Positions 10,371 to 21,731 of a DNA stretch of 64,000 nucleotides are shown in pieces; the first letter of the stretch is position 1; every line of letters starts with the position of its first letter. The translations under genes and the position numbers were made by a program. The DNA comes from an uncultured bacterium. Its GTDB lineage: Bacteria > Armatimonadota > UBA5829. The stretch spans positions 278,840 through 342,839 of the forward strand of contig CALJES010000012.1 in NCBI GenBank assembly GCA_938074205.1, written 5' to 3'. Under the pieces are notes generated by a model that had not been told where the DNA came from, did no database searches, and saw only the letters and a program-made list of their open reading frames with translations.

Positions 10371-11432
10371 TTATTTGTGGACGGGCTCTAGGGTTTGCAA
10401 GATTTCGTGCAAGCTAAGATCCGCGCCCGCTATTACTTCGTCTGAGGCCCCGTAGTAGACTGAAACAGTATCGCCCTTAACTATGGCTCCACACGTGAAG
10501 ACGACGTTCGGTTTGAACCCCGATGTTTCGTAGATCGCCTCGGGCTTCATGATGGGTTCCGGCGTTTTGGCGAGAACCCGCTCTGGATACTCTGCGTCCA
10601 AAAGGACGGCTCCGAGGCAATAGTGGTCGTCAGGTGTTGCCGCGTGATAGATTTCGAGCCATCCTTCATCAGTTAGGAATGGGATCGCGCCGCCACCAAT
10701 GCGTCCGCTTTCCCAGCTGTTTGGATCACAAGCCAGTAACAGCTTGTGTTCTCCCCAATGTATAAGATCCTCCGAATAAGCAAGCCACATGTTAGGTGCG
10801 CCTATAAACCTTGGCTGAGGTCGGTGCAAAGCTACGTACTTGCCGCGGACTCGCGAAGGGAAGATCATACCGTCCATATTCTCCGGGCAGAATATAATCC
10901 CGTGTTTCGTCCATTCTATAAAGTCGCGAGTACTTGCAAGACACTGCGTTATTCCGTTCTCTGATACGCCTTTGTAGACGACGTAGTAAGTGTCTTCGAT
11001 TTTTGTAATGCGCGGGTCTTCTAGTCCGAACGTTTCGTAAGGCTGGTCAGGAACAAGAGCCGGCTCAGGGTCGACCGTAAAATGCCTACCGTTTTTGCTG
11101 CGAGCGATCCTTAGATGCGATATGGAAGTAAGATAAACTCGGTCCGGAAAACACACAACGCGAGGGTCGCCCAGATTAATATTGGGGTCACTACGCGAAA
11201 ACTCCAGGACTTCCACTCTCGGCTCGGATGCCGTGCAGTCCAAGACTGGTACCAACACCTTGTTAGAATCGCCAGATACGGGCCGTTCGGCGACACGCAT
11301 CAATAGCAGTATCTCACCATTGTGTTCAATTACGCCTGGATTGAATGTACACATGACTTCCCAGCCGTCCATCCACGGCTTAACGTCTTTCGGTCTTATA
11401 AGCGGATTCTCTGGATAGCGATATATTCTCAA
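10371..11432 (-). CDS. GH130 family mannoside phosphorylase/hydrolase
   Basis: FNPG, RVAE, YLTSISH, GLEDPRIT, HRP, NVVFTCG, YYGASD. Confidence 0.9.
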   Translation of the reverse strand: MRIYRYPENPLIRPKDVKPWMDGWEVMCTFNPGVIEHNGEILLLMRVAERPVSGDSNKVLVPVLDCTASEPRVEVLEFSRSDPNINLGDPRVVCFPDRVYLTSISHLRIARSKNGRHFTVDPEPALVPDQPYETFGLEDPRITKIEDTYYVVYKGVSENGITQCLASTRDFIEWTKHGIIFCPENMDGMIFPSRVRGKYVALHRPQPRFIGAPNMWLAYSEDLIHWGEHKLLLACDPNSWESGRIGGGAIPFLTDEGWLEIYHAATPDDHYCLGAVLLDAEYPERVLAKTPEPIMKPEAIYETSGFKPNVVFTCGAIVKGDTVSVYYGASDEVIAGADLSLHEILQTLEPVHK

Positions 11433-11740
11433 AACGGTGCACCTCCGCTAATCAAACTTCGTACTATTGTTGAGTCGTTCCTGCTCGAACACATAAGAGT
11501 AAACTACTATCGCCGGGGTGTTGTCTAATAACCCGTCTGGTTTCAGTATCCCCTGAAGCGCTTTATGAGGGTTAGCTACCTTACCCAAACTCATGTTGTC
11601 CGTTTGGGCACAGTGACATTGTCTCATTGCAGATACTGTTGGGTAGAACTGCGCTGCAATACCAATTTGCCCCTATTTGACAGTTGTACCGAGTGAAATT
11701 ATCATTGAGCGCAGATTTTGTTGGCCGGAGGTTGCAGTAG

Positions 11741-13447
11741 TTGTTCGGCGCTATTGATGCGGTTTTCTTCCTAGCGTACATGGTGATCGTGATGGTCATC
11801 GGTTTTGCAGTAGGACGCAGGGAGAAAGCCACCGTTGCCGACTACTTCCGCGCAGGCAATACTCTGCCATGGTATGCCATAGGCTTCTCAATAATCGCTG
11901 CTGGGATCTCCTCTGAGCAGTTCGTCGGCGAAATGGGCTACGCCTATAAGCTCGGCATGCCGGTTGTCAATTGGGAATGGCTGATATTCCCTTCGCTTTC
12001 GATCCTCTTGTGGATATTCGTGCCCCTTTACGTTCGGAATCGCATTACCACGATGCCTGAGTACCTCGAGAGACGTTTTGGTCCGCGGTGCCGCACCCTT
12101 TATGCCTCGCTTATCGTTGCCAGCTATGTGTTCGCAAACTTTGCGCTGGTATTTTATACTGCAGGATTCGCCATGGAACGGATGTGGGGATTCAACCGCT
12201 TCTTAGCGGTATGGATACTGGCTATTGCAACCGGTGCCTACACGATCTACGGCGGTCTTGCATCAGTTGCTTGGACGGACTTCTTTCAGTGCGCCCTACT
12301 TCTAGGGGGAGGGCTATATGTTTTCTTCGCAGGTATGGCGCGCATAGGATGGGACTTTGCGGCAGTAATCGGCAGTGGCGACCGCGCCCACTTGATAAAT
12401 CACTCCTGTCCCGATGTTCCCTGGACTGCGCTTATCATCTTGGCTCTCTCCACAAATGTGTGGTACTACGCAACCGATCAGTTCATAAATCAGCGGTGTC
12501 TCGGAGCAAAAAGCGAGTGGCATTCGAAGATGGGGGTTCTTCTCGCAGGAGCGCTGCAGCTCGTCCTGCCCCTGGCAACATGTTTTCCAGGGATGATCTA
12601 TGCCGTCATAAACCCGAATCTGAAAATCTCCGACGAGGCGTATCCGCGTATTGTTTCTACTGTCGTCCCTGCCGGTTTACGTGGTTTGGTAGCTGCTGCC
12701 ATACTCGGGGCAATAATGTCGACTATATCAGGGCTCGTTAATTCTACGGCCACTATGGTTACATTGGACATTTTCCGAAGGTGGAAGGGACAGCAGCTAC
12801 CTGAACGCAGACTTATACGCTTCGGAATGTGGGCTGGCGGTATAGCGCTGTTCACAGGCGCGTGTTTTTCAATACTAGTTTCGAAATGGGAGAATATGTT
12901 CCGGTACTGTCAAGACATCTGGGCACCGATGGCAGCTCCGGCAGTTGTGGTATTCCTCTCTGGAGCACTGTGGAAAAGAGCTTCAGAACGAGGCGCAATC
13001 GCATGCCTGTGGATTTCCATTCTAACCGTTCCTCTCACCTTTGCCAAACAAATCCTTGCAGACCGGGGCGTTCATTTTCTACCGTCGCCTCTTGAGAACT
13101 CGATGGTATTTGCCGGACTCGTATTCGTTGCTTCAAGCGCGGTGATGGTTGCTTTGTCCCTGATTCGGTCACGTGTCTTGGGCGCCTTAGCTTCTGTGGT
13201 TGCCTGCATGCCACTAACGTGGATAGCGGTACTAAGCACAGCTGCTATAGCCCTTACGGTGCTGGCCGAGGTACTATTGGCAATATTTTGGTTCGGATGG
13301 ACAGCTCGGCAAAAACGAGAGAATATGTGGGACCGCTCGATGTTGGCGCTGCCCCCAGGTGAAATGGAGCGTTGGTACTCGAGCCTCTGGGTGTGGTGGG
13401 CCGTCATAGGATGCTGCTTCGCCGTAATATATTGGCGGTTCTGGTAG
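11741..13447 (+). CDS. Sodium:solute symporter (sugar)
   Basis: DYFRAG, PWYAIGFS, TMPEYLERRF, YTIYGGL, QRCL, AIMST. Confidence 0.9.
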   Translation: MFGAIDAVFFLAYMVIVMVIGFAVGRREKATVADYFRAGNTLPWYAIGFSIIAAGISSEQFVGEMGYAYKLGMPVVNWEWLIFPSLSILLWIFVPLYVRNRITTMPEYLERRFGPRCRTLYASLIVASYVFANFALVFYTAGFAMERMWGFNRFLAVWILAIATGAYTIYGGLASVAWTDFFQCALLLGGGLYVFFAGMARIGWDFAAVIGSGDRAHLINHSCPDVPWTALIILALSTNVWYYATDQFINQRCLGAKSEWHSKMGVLLAGALQLVLPLATCFPGMIYAVINPNLKISDEAYPRIVSTVVPAGLRGLVAAAILGAIMSTISGLVNSTATMVTLDIFRRWKGQQLPERRLIRFGMWAGGIALFTGACFSILVSKWENMFRYCQDIWAPMAAPAVVVFLSGALWKRASERGAIACLWISILTVPLTFAKQILADRGVHFLPSPLENSMVFAGLVFVASSAVMVALSLIRSRVLGALASVVACMPLTWIAVLSTAAIALTVLAEVLLAIFWFGWTARQKRENMWDRSMLALPPGEMERWYSSLWVWWAVIGCCFAVIYWRFW

Positions 13448-13472
13448 GCATTTACTAAAGAGATACGAAAAC

Positions 13473-15326
13473 CTACTTCCTAATTATTTCGACCAATGTG
13501 ACGCAGTTGTTCGGCATATCGAAGATAAACGTTGCGGAGCCATCATCGAGCGTTGGAGTTGCAGGAATCCACTCCAGCGCACATCGGGATTCGTCGTTCC
13601 AGAGATTTGAGTGCGTTGCGTCAACTACATAGCGCTTGCACGTTAGTTCGTTTTCTTTTACACCCGTCAGCCCTCGAACAACAAGCCTAACCTTTCTGGG
13701 TGTTCCAAACCGTTCACCGAAGTTAATTATCAGCACTGTCACGCGTCTGGAGGCAGGGTCCGTAGATGCTACCGACGCTATTTGATCGTCTTCGCCTTTG
13801 CACTGGATCTTTTCAGAGGCCATTATTACATTGAACATCCGACAAACATTGGCAACCGGCTTGGGTTTATTGTTTGCAGTGAACATTCCCCAGTCCCCAC
13901 ATGGAGGCCAGCAGCCGTCTCGGGCATAGAACCAGCAGGGCTTTTCCACACCGGCGGCCATCCACCCTCTGAGCATCGACGCGGCGGCCCATGCGGCGCC
14001 CACCTCGTTGTCGTGAGCTCTGTCGTGCCACCAGGCATAACTCCACTCCGTAATTGCAAACTCTTTGACCTGAGCTTTGACCTTGGGGTACTCGTTCAAA
14101 TATTCCCGTATCTGTTCTGCTTCTTTTTTCATTATCCAGTGAGGTTGGAAGTATTCGTGCCACGTAATGAAGTCGAGCGGTGCGCCGGTTTTCTCGCAGT
14201 GTTCCATCAAACCGCGCATGAACTTCTCGCCGTTTACGCCCGGACCCCTGGGATCATTTTCGTTCCAGGGTCCTGAGGCAATCGCAGGTCCCCCAATCCA
14301 AGCGTCGGGATCTGCTCTCCGGACAGCCTTCCAGCAAGTGTCGTAGAGTGTCAGGTACGTTTTCAAGTGATCCCATCCGGGAGGGTCACGCATCCACCCC
14401 GTGTTGATCTCGTTCCAGACCTCCCAGTATTTTACCCGCGTGCCCCGTTCCATGGCATGCTTGGCTGCCTGATATACGAGCTCTCCGAACTCGTCCCAGT
14501 CTCGGGGATAGGAGTGTCTTTCGGGGTCCGGGACAGCGTCGAAAGGCTCGGGCATGTAGGAAATACAGAAGATGAGCTCGCAGCCGATCTTTTTCATAAA
14601 GTCAAGGCGGCGGTCGAGATCAGTCCAGTCGTAGCGAAGCGTGCCGTCTTCGTTCTTTTTCACCGCGTTCGTCAGCAGATTGTCCATGCGGAACCATTTT
14701 ATTCCCAGATCGCGAAAAAGTGCTGCGAAGTCGTCACTGTAATCTCCCAATCCACCGCCTTGGGATAAACCCGCAAAGGGGCGAGGCAGTTTCCCAAGTT
14801 GAACCGAAGCGTCCACCGATACTTCTAATGGTTCCTTAATGAGCTTCCTGTCTATGATTGCCAGGTCGCACTCGCTAAGCTCTGCCTCGTGCTCAGCGTC
14901 GTCGGCTCCCATGAATACTCTAACCGCCACGGGTACCACCAGCCCTGGTTGCGCGTTCTCCGTGAGGACTATAAACGCTGGGTGGTCATTGTCGTAGCGC
15001 ACGCATATCTTTCCGTCGACGAAGCACTCACCTCCGTCGCCGGCATTCCATCTGATGCCGATGGCTTCGCCCGCCGTTGGTCTATCATCAATCTTTTCGG
15101 GGATTGAAATCCTACCGCGGAACCAAGCAAATTTGCTTGACTTCCACTTGTGTCGAAATCTTGCTTCCTGCCATAAAGAGTCGTCGAAGTCCGGGCGTGC
15201 GAACTCAAGACTGTCTTGAGTTGTGAAACGCCAAACGATCGAGCGGCCTGGGTTTAGTTCTTCCGAGAAGCAAGACACACTGGCAGCTAGCAGAAGAGTA
15301 ACGCCGACCTTCGCCAAAAAATTCAT
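13473..15326 (-). CDS. Secreted clan GH-A glycoside hydrolase (GH39-like) with N-terminal beta-sandwich
   Basis: Start at ATG 15326 with signal peptide; YWEVWNE acid/base, IGGP, DFITWH, ITEW nucleophile. Confidence 0.75.
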   Translation of the reverse strand: MNFLAKVGVTLLLAASVSCFSEELNPGRSIVWRFTTQDSLEFARPDFDDSLWQEARFRHKWKSSKFAWFRGRISIPEKIDDRPTAGEAIGIRWNAGDGGECFVDGKICVRYDNDHPAFIVLTENAQPGLVVPVAVRVFMGADDAEHEAELSECDLAIIDRKLIKEPLEVSVDASVQLGKLPRPFAGLSQGGGLGDYSDDFAALFRDLGIKWFRMDNLLTNAVKKNEDGTLRYDWTDLDRRLDFMKKIGCELIFCISYMPEPFDAVPDPERHSYPRDWDEFGELVYQAAKHAMERGTRVKYWEVWNEINTGWMRDPPGWDHLKTYLTLYDTCWKAVRRADPDAWIGGPAIASGPWNENDPRGPGVNGEKFMRGLMEHCEKTGAPLDFITWHEYFQPHWIMKKEAEQIREYLNEYPKVKAQVKEFAITEWSYAWWHDRAHDNEVGAAWAAASMLRGWMAAGVEKPCWFYARDGCWPPCGDWGMFTANNKPKPVANVCRMFNVIMASEKIQCKGEDDQIASVASTDPASRRVTVLIINFGERFGTPRKVRLVVRGLTGVKENELTCKRYVVDATHSNLWNDESRCALEWIPATPTLDDGSATFIFDMPNNCVTLVEIIRK

Positions 15327-15492
15327 TTCTGATCCTCGCGTTGCTTGGTGGCCGCTAGTTGTGCAGCGCATCGAAATTTAACTGTGCGAACCCTATAGGC
15401 GATCGCGCTCTCCTTTTGTTGCAACAGCCTTCGGTCGGAACGCATTGAACATTGCCAAACTCATATGTGATGTGATTGGTAAGAAGCGCTAG

Positions 15493-16383
15493 CTAGCTCG
15501 GCTTTTTGATCTCAGCAAGTATCTCCCTAAGGTAATCAGCGTCGTCTCGGAGTATAGCTTTTTGCTTTTCCAGATCGTAGCGCCCCAAGGATTCATTTTC
15601 GATGCACAGATCGCCTTGATATCCTGCGTCGGCGAGTGTCCTAACCACCCACTTCATGTCGATATCGCCTTCGCGCAGGGACGACGCATAAGTCTCGTAT
15701 TCCCAGCCTAACTCACGCTGAATCTCGCGCTTTTCCGGGGGGAAGTTGATGTTTTTTATGTGCGTGTGTTTTACTCGCGGCGCGAAGTACTTGATTATTT
15801 GATGTACTTTGGAGAGCGGATGGCCGAACCAGTAGAAATTGGCGGTGTCTATCGTCACACCCACGCGAGGAGAGTTGACCTTGTTCAACACCTTGTCGAG
15901 GAAGTCCGGATCATTGCCGAGCACGCCGTGATTCTCGATTCCCATGTGAACGTCCAGACTGCTGGTTGCATCAAGGACGCGTGCCATGCACTCTGCAAAG
16001 TACTGCGTGCGCTTGTCGAGGTCCCAATCTCTGGTATCGTGCATAATGGCGTCTATCCTGACGGCTTTTATTCCCAGCTTACCGGCAGTCCTGACAGCTG
16101 AGATTACATAATCTATCTCGGACTCGATGTCCTCCGCACCGAAGTTATTTGATAGCAGAAACGCGCTTGGCTTGATATTTAGGCCTCTGCACTTGTAGGC
16201 GAATGCTTCCACAGCGGCTTCGGTTGCGAGCGATTCTACACCTGTGCTGTCGAGTGAGTGCACAGTTTTATCTTTGTTATAGACCAGTTCGACGGTTTCC
16301 AGAGCCATGGCGTCGAGTCCGGCTTTGATAGAGCCGAACAGCCCGGGCAGATGACAATCCCTCACTGATATGTACATTAGCAC
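15493..16383 (-). CDS. Sugar phosphate isomerase/epimerase (xylose isomerase-like TIM barrel)
   Basis: IENH, DTANF, HIKN, IENE metal-binding pattern. Confidence 0.85.
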   Translation of the reverse strand: MLMYISVRDCHLPGLFGSIKAGLDAMALETVELVYNKDKTVHSLDSTGVESLATEAAVEAFAYKCRGLNIKPSAFLLSNNFGAEDIESEIDYVISAVRTAGKLGIKAVRIDAIMHDTRDWDLDKRTQYFAECMARVLDATSSLDVHMGIENHGVLGNDPDFLDKVLNKVNSPRVGVTIDTANFYWFGHPLSKVHQIIKYFAPRVKHTHIKNINFPPEKREIQRELGWEYETYASSLREGDIDMKWVVRTLADAGYQGDLCIENESLGRYDLEKQKAILRDDADYLREILAEIKKPS

Positions 16384-16722
16384 ACTCCTAAGAGTTTTAT
16401 TATGTGTTCGGCCGCCTTGACAGACGTGCTTGAGTCATCGACCTGTTCCCACTTACACAAAAATCATTGCTGAACCTTCAGAACACCAAGAAAACTTGCA
16501 CCCAGCGAATGGCCGAGCAAACGCGTCTTTGAGCCTTTCATTGGTAGGGCGATAAAGGTAACCATAACGTTCCAAGCCGCAGCCAGTCCCACTGCTGCAC
16601 CTAGTCCGGACCAACGTTTGAACTCGACAACCACCAGTTCTTGAGCATCATGCACCCGGATTGCTAGGGATTGCGGTTGTTGCAGTTCAGTGCTAGACTC
16701 ATAGCTACAAAGAACGAGGGCT

Positions 16723-19263
16723 GTGGGAATGGATTTAGTGCTTAGATTGTCACTTCTTCTTTTTTGTGTCTGCGGTGCGGTTAGTTTGACAGTGGCCGCT
16801 CGAGGGTCTGAGGATCTGTTGCGTTCGAATAAACTAAAATGGGTGGCGCCTGTCGAGGGACCTACTTGTGATTTGCAAGACGGATTAGCGATATTTCATG
16901 TACCCCAGGCTCAGGATGGGTACAACCACTGGGTAGACGGTGTTGCAAATTCTCCGTCCCTGAGAATGGAAGTACCCGAGGGCGACTGGGATCTCTCAGC
17001 AAAAATCGATCTGATCGACTTCACCCCAAACTCTAATTTCCACATCGGCTTGGTTGTAGGATTTGCAGACGCCTTTGTGATGATATTTGGACCTTTCCAG
17101 GGGCCAGCCGTTTGGAGTGATGGAAACTGGCCTGAACTGTGGATCGAGGCTACCGGTATGCCTGCAATATCGAGGACAAAGACGGATACCAAATCTTTAT
17201 ATCTCCAGATACGCAAGCGCCGAAATGAATATGCTTGCTACTACCGAACAGGCGAGGGCGGCGACTGGAAAAGATGCGGGGAATATCTAGGAGTATTCCC
17301 GCCGAGATTCGTCGGCGTGATAGGCAAAACATTCTCGAACGGCCCCGGTATTACTTTTTCGGTTCAACAACTGCGCATCGACAGGGCTTCGTCAGAGTCC
17401 AGAGACGCTCGCATATTTGTCCGTGCAGACACCATAAGTGGCCGCATAGACCGCAACATCTACGGCCACTTCATCGAGCATCTGAGCAGGTGCATTTATG
17501 GCGGGATATGGGCTGAAATGCTCTACAACCGCAAGTTTACCGGTGGCGTTGACGGCCAAGGCGTAATCGAGTCGTGGGCTGCATTTGGCGAGGGTGCAAA
17601 GTATTCGCGTGACAACATCGAGTTCTACACATCGTGCCAGTCGCAGAGGATCGAACTATCGCCGGGTAAGGAGGCAGGTATCGGCAAACGAGACGCAAAG
17701 CTGGCAATAAAGCCGCAGCGTTACGTAGTTAGAGCAGTGCTCAAACAGAGAGGCCTTTCGAACAGTGTAAGGATCGCTCTTCACCAGGGTAATCACGTCT
17801 ACGCAAGCGCGGTTATTCCTCGAGTAAGTGAGGAGTGGTCAGAATATACGGTGAATCTAGACGTCCAAGAGTCTGACCCTAACGCTCAATTCTCCGTTTC
17901 AGCCGCTGGCCCCGGCACGCTTTGGATTGGCTGCTTGTCTATGATGCCAGCGGACAACGTCGAGGGAATGCGCCGGGATGTTTTAGAAGCGATAAAGCGA
18001 ATTAAACCGCCGTTGATACGTTGGCCCGGCGGCAACATGGCCTCAGGTTACCATTGGGAAGACGGAATCGGCCCCAGAGACAAGCGCATGCCCAGATGGG
18101 AACGGGCGTGGAACGCCTGGGAATGGAACGACTTTGGGACGGACGAATACATTCGCTTTTGCAGGTTGGTCGGCACGGAACCTTATATCTGCGTGAACGC
18201 CGGCGAGGGTCAAGCCGACGAGGCAGCCAGGTGGGTGGAATACTGTAATGGCTCAGCGAACACGCCCTATGGTAGGTTACGAGCACTGAATGGACATCCC
18301 GAACCATATAGGGTTAAGTACTGGGGCATCGGCAATGAGATGTATGGCGATTGGCAGCTTGGCCACCTGGATGCCACAAAGTACGCCCTTAAGTCCATAG
18401 AGTTCGCGAGAGCCATGAAAGCGGTCGACCCTTCCATTGTTCTAGTAGGGGTAGGGGTGGATTACGACTCATTCGGCAATTGGAATTCCACCGTAGCCCA
18501 GATTGCCGGGAGCTATTATGACTACTTGTCAGTTCATTACTACAAGGGTCCAAGAGTAAAAGATCCTCAGGAACTAACTTATCTGAACCTAATCTGTGCC
18601 TCGCTTGAAATTGAAAAGATGCTCGCCGCAACGGCTGATATAGTTCAGCGCAGTTCACCAAAGAGACTGCCGCTGGCATTTGACGAGTGGAACATCTGGC
18701 TCCCTCATGGGCTGGAAAGCTCAATATATGCATTGCGCGACGGGCTTTTTGCTGCCGGAGTCTTCCACGCTCTGCACAGGCTTTGTGACCGCGTAACAAT
18801 GGCCAACTTGGCTCAGCTTGTAAACGTCCTCGGCGCGATTCAGACGAGCATGACCGAGCTGGTTGAGACGCCGATCTACAAAGCGTTTGAGTTGTATTCA
18901 AATCTGTGTGAGAACAACCGTGTTGAAGTAAAAGTCGAGTGCAACTCTTTCGACACGCCTGCTGGGCGGATGCCGGTGCTCGACGTTTCTGCCACAGTGA
19001 GTGACGATGGCAAGAAGCTCGTTCTGGCAGTGATAAACCGAGATCCGGTGTCGGATTACAGGACTACGATAAATATATCAGGGTTCAGTTCCAAGTCCCA
19101 AGCTCAAATCGCGGTGCTCAACGGGCCAACTGCATTCTCAGTCAATGACTTCGGCAAGCCTGACCATGTGACAATCACGCGCAGGAATGAGCCAATTGAT
19201 CTTACTAAGCCCTACTCGTTCCCAGCACATTCAGCGACGATTATGATCATGCAAGCTCGATAG
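16723..19263 (+). CDS. GH51 alpha-L-arabinofuranosidase with N-terminal concanavalin-like domain
   Basis: IYGHFIEH, RWPGG, FGTDE, WGIGNE, FDEWN, AQLVN; signal peptide. Confidence 0.9.
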   Translation: MGMDLVLRLSLLLFCVCGAVSLTVAARGSEDLLRSNKLKWVAPVEGPTCDLQDGLAIFHVPQAQDGYNHWVDGVANSPSLRMEVPEGDWDLSAKIDLIDFTPNSNFHIGLVVGFADAFVMIFGPFQGPAVWSDGNWPELWIEATGMPAISRTKTDTKSLYLQIRKRRNEYACYYRTGEGGDWKRCGEYLGVFPPRFVGVIGKTFSNGPGITFSVQQLRIDRASSESRDARIFVRADTISGRIDRNIYGHFIEHLSRCIYGGIWAEMLYNRKFTGGVDGQGVIESWAAFGEGAKYSRDNIEFYTSCQSQRIELSPGKEAGIGKRDAKLAIKPQRYVVRAVLKQRGLSNSVRIALHQGNHVYASAVIPRVSEEWSEYTVNLDVQESDPNAQFSVSAAGPGTLWIGCLSMMPADNVEGMRRDVLEAIKRIKPPLIRWPGGNMASGYHWEDGIGPRDKRMPRWERAWNAWEWNDFGTDEYIRFCRLVGTEPYICVNAGEGQADEAARWVEYCNGSANTPYGRLRALNGHPEPYRVKYWGIGNEMYGDWQLGHLDATKYALKSIEFARAMKAVDPSIVLVGVGVDYDSFGNWNSTVAQIAGSYYDYLSVHYYKGPRVKDPQELTYLNLICASLEIEKMLAATADIVQRSSPKRLPLAFDEWNIWLPHGLESSIYALRDGLFAAGVFHALHRLCDRVTMANLAQLVNVLGAIQTSMTELVETPIYKAFELYSNLCENNRVEVKVECNSFDTPAGRMPVLDVSATVSDDGKKLVLAVINRDPVSDYRTTINISGFSSKSQAQIAVLNGPTAFSVNDFGKPDHVTITRRNEPIDLTKPYSFPAHSATIMIMQAR

Positions 19264-19274
19264 CGCATAAATAT

Positions 19275-20966
19275 TTACCATGACGTGCCATACGGCCAGG
19301 CTGCCAAGCCGCCGTCAAGGAACCGTACGCGCGTGAAACCTTCTCCTTCTAGAATGCGCTGAGCCTCCCACGCACGCATACTGGTCTTGCAGAAGACTAC
19401 GATGTCCTTGTCGCGAGGCAGATCATCCATCCTTTCGCGCAGTTTGCCCAGGGGTATATGCACCACTCTATTTTCCCTAAAAGGTTGCTCTTCTACTTCG
19501 CCTGGCATCCGGACATCGAGAAGCACAAAGTCATCGCCTGCATCCAACCGACTCTTGAGCTCTTGCGGAGTGCAAGACTTGGCAAGCCCTGAAAGCTTAT
19601 TGTCTATAACATTTGCAGCGTGCTGGATTATGTCGACTGCGGTCGAGTAGGGAGGAGCGTAAGCAAGATCCAAATCTGAAACGTCCCTTGCGTCTATTCC
19701 AAAAGTGATGGCTGTTGCAGCAACATCTATTCGCTTGGCGACTTCGCCACGACCAAGCGCTTGCACGCCTAACAGTCTGCCATTCTCAGCATGCACGACC
19801 ATTTTCATAATCACAGGCTTGGACGTGGGGTAATAATGTGCGCAGTCCGGTCCTGGCACCAAAACTGTGATACATGGAATGCCGTGCTTCTTACAGTCAT
19901 TCTCTGAAAGGCCCACCTTTCCAACGTTGAATTCGAAGGCCTTGAAGACCACCGTGCCCAAAATACCCTCAAACCTAGTGTTGCCGCCGGTTATGTTATC
20001 TCCTATCACTCGGCCGTGCTTGTTGGCAGTTGAACCCATTGGAGCGTAGACGGGTTTGCCTGTTATAAGATGCACATTCTCTACGCAGTCTCCGCCGGCA
20101 TATATCGAAGGATCCGAGGTTTGGAGGTACTCGTTGACTTTTATACCTCCTGTTTCGCCCAGCTCGAGTCCGGCATCCTTTGCGAGCTTTACGTTGGGTT
20201 TAACACCTATGGACACGAGAACCAACTGCGCAGTGACTTTTCCCTTGTCGGTAACAACCTCACGAACTGCCCCGCGGTCGTCCGATTCGAAGCAGATTAC
20301 CTGTGTGTCTGTCAGCACGGTAACGCCTTTGGACTCCAGATGCCTCTGCAAATGTACGGCCAACTCAGGATCCAAAACAGCGGGGACAACCGTGGACAGC
20401 ATTTCGATCATTGTTACGCGCAATCCCTGAGAAGCAAGTGCCTCTGCGACCTCTACGCCGATGAGTCCTGCTCCAACGATTACTGCTTCTTTGCAGCCGT
20501 CAGAGATGGCTTTTCTGATACCTTCCGCATCATACGGATGATTCAACCGAAAAATGCCTTTCAGATCGACGCCGGAACACGGCGGTACTGCAGCATCCGC
20601 ACCGGTTGCTAGAACCAGTTTGTCGTAGGGAACCTCATGCCTCACTGCGGTCTCGAGCGATACCACCTCGACTACTTTTCTTTCTCGGTCGATGCGCTCT
20701 GCCAGCGTCCTGCTCATTACGTTTATCGCCTTGACCCCTTTGAAAAAGGCCTCGTCGCGAAGTGCTCCGGCGGGAGTCATCATAAGCTCGTCCATCGTTT
20801 CAACTTGACCCTGAATATAGTACGGCATACCGCAGCCGGCGTATGAGAGCAGGTCACCTCGTTCTATGATGGTGATGTCCGCGCTCGGATCACGTCGCCT
20901 GGCGCGAGCTGCTGCCTTCGGACCGCATGCTACTCCCCCGATAATCACTATTCTGTTCGTGGTCAT
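19275..20966 (-). CDS. CoA-disulfide reductase/NADH oxidase with rhodanese domain
   Basis: IIGGVACG, SYAGCGMPY, GAGLIG, YAPPY, rhodanese FCKTSMRA. Confidence 0.88.
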   Translation of the reverse strand: MTTNRIVIIGGVACGPKAAARARRRDPSADITIIERGDLLSYAGCGMPYYIQGQVETMDELMMTPAGALRDEAFFKGVKAINVMSRTLAERIDRERKVVEVVSLETAVRHEVPYDKLVLATGADAAVPPCSGVDLKGIFRLNHPYDAEGIRKAISDGCKEAVIVGAGLIGVEVAEALASQGLRVTMIEMLSTVVPAVLDPELAVHLQRHLESKGVTVLTDTQVICFESDDRGAVREVVTDKGKVTAQLVLVSIGVKPNVKLAKDAGLELGETGGIKVNEYLQTSDPSIYAGGDCVENVHLITGKPVYAPMGSTANKHGRVIGDNITGGNTRFEGILGTVVFKAFEFNVGKVGLSENDCKKHGIPCITVLVPGPDCAHYYPTSKPVIMKMVVHAENGRLLGVQALGRGEVAKRIDVAATAITFGIDARDVSDLDLAYAPPYSTAVDIIQHAANVIDNKLSGLAKSCTPQELKSRLDAGDDFVLLDVRMPGEVEEQPFRENRVVHIPLGKLRERMDDLPRDKDIVVFCKTSMRAWEAQRILEGEGFTRVRFLDGGLAAWPYGTSW

Positions 20967-21087
20967 CCTAACTATCCCCCATTTGACGTTCAGTTGGATA
21001 ATTATACTACCGCCTGTCTAGGCCGAATAATACCGCCGCAGGATTAGGAGCACCCGTCATAGAAGCACACATTGAGGTTACGCAAAT

Positions 21088-21699
21088 ATGGAAATACCGA
21101 GGGTTTTAGGCGAATTTGCCACTGTGGTGACCGCGTTGGTCATTGTTTTAGACCCGCTTGCCATAGTTCCCATACTCATAAGTCTCAGCTCTAACCACAC
21201 TCCCCGAGAAGGGCGTCGATTAGCTTACCGGATTGTTGCTGGCGCAACTGTACTACTACTATTTTTCACTGTGACCGGAACGTGGGTGCTGCAGCTGTTT
21301 GGCGTAACGCTCAACGATCTGCGTATCGGTGGCGGATTGCTCTTGCTCCTGATATCGCTCAAAATGGTTGTCGAGGGTCGAATCAGCCCGGGCAAGGAAC
21401 AAGACTACCGAGCAGCGATCGTGCCTCTAATCTCACCGCTTTTGGTCGGCCCGGGCGCAATTACAGCAGCAGTTGTATTGGCTGCAATGCACGGGGTTTG
21501 GTTCACCGCCGTGGCAGGATTGGTATCGATGCTGATCTGCCTTCTTATATTTCTGTCGGCTGGGTTTGTTCAGCGCGTGCTTGGAGAATCCGGAACGGAC
21601 CTCGTGACGCGGGTGATGGGCATACTTGTGGCAACCATTGCGGTGGGTTATATCCGCGAAGGCATATTCTCCAGCGTAAGGGATTTCAGAAAGCTGTAG
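21088..21699 (+). CDS. MarC family membrane protein
   Basis: DPL, GGLLL, PLISPLLVGPGAIT, RVMG. Confidence 0.9.
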   Translation: MEIPRVLGEFATVVTALVIVLDPLAIVPILISLSSNHTPREGRRLAYRIVAGATVLLLFFTVTGTWVLQLFGVTLNDLRIGGGLLLLLISLKMVVEGRISPGKEQDYRAAIVPLISPLLVGPGAITAAVVLAAMHGVWFTAVAGLVSMLICLLIFLSAGFVQRVLGESGTDLVTRVMGILVATIAVGYIREGIFSSVRDFRKL

Positions 21700-21731
21700 A
21701 TAAAAATCGCTAGAATTCGCCCCTACTAACA

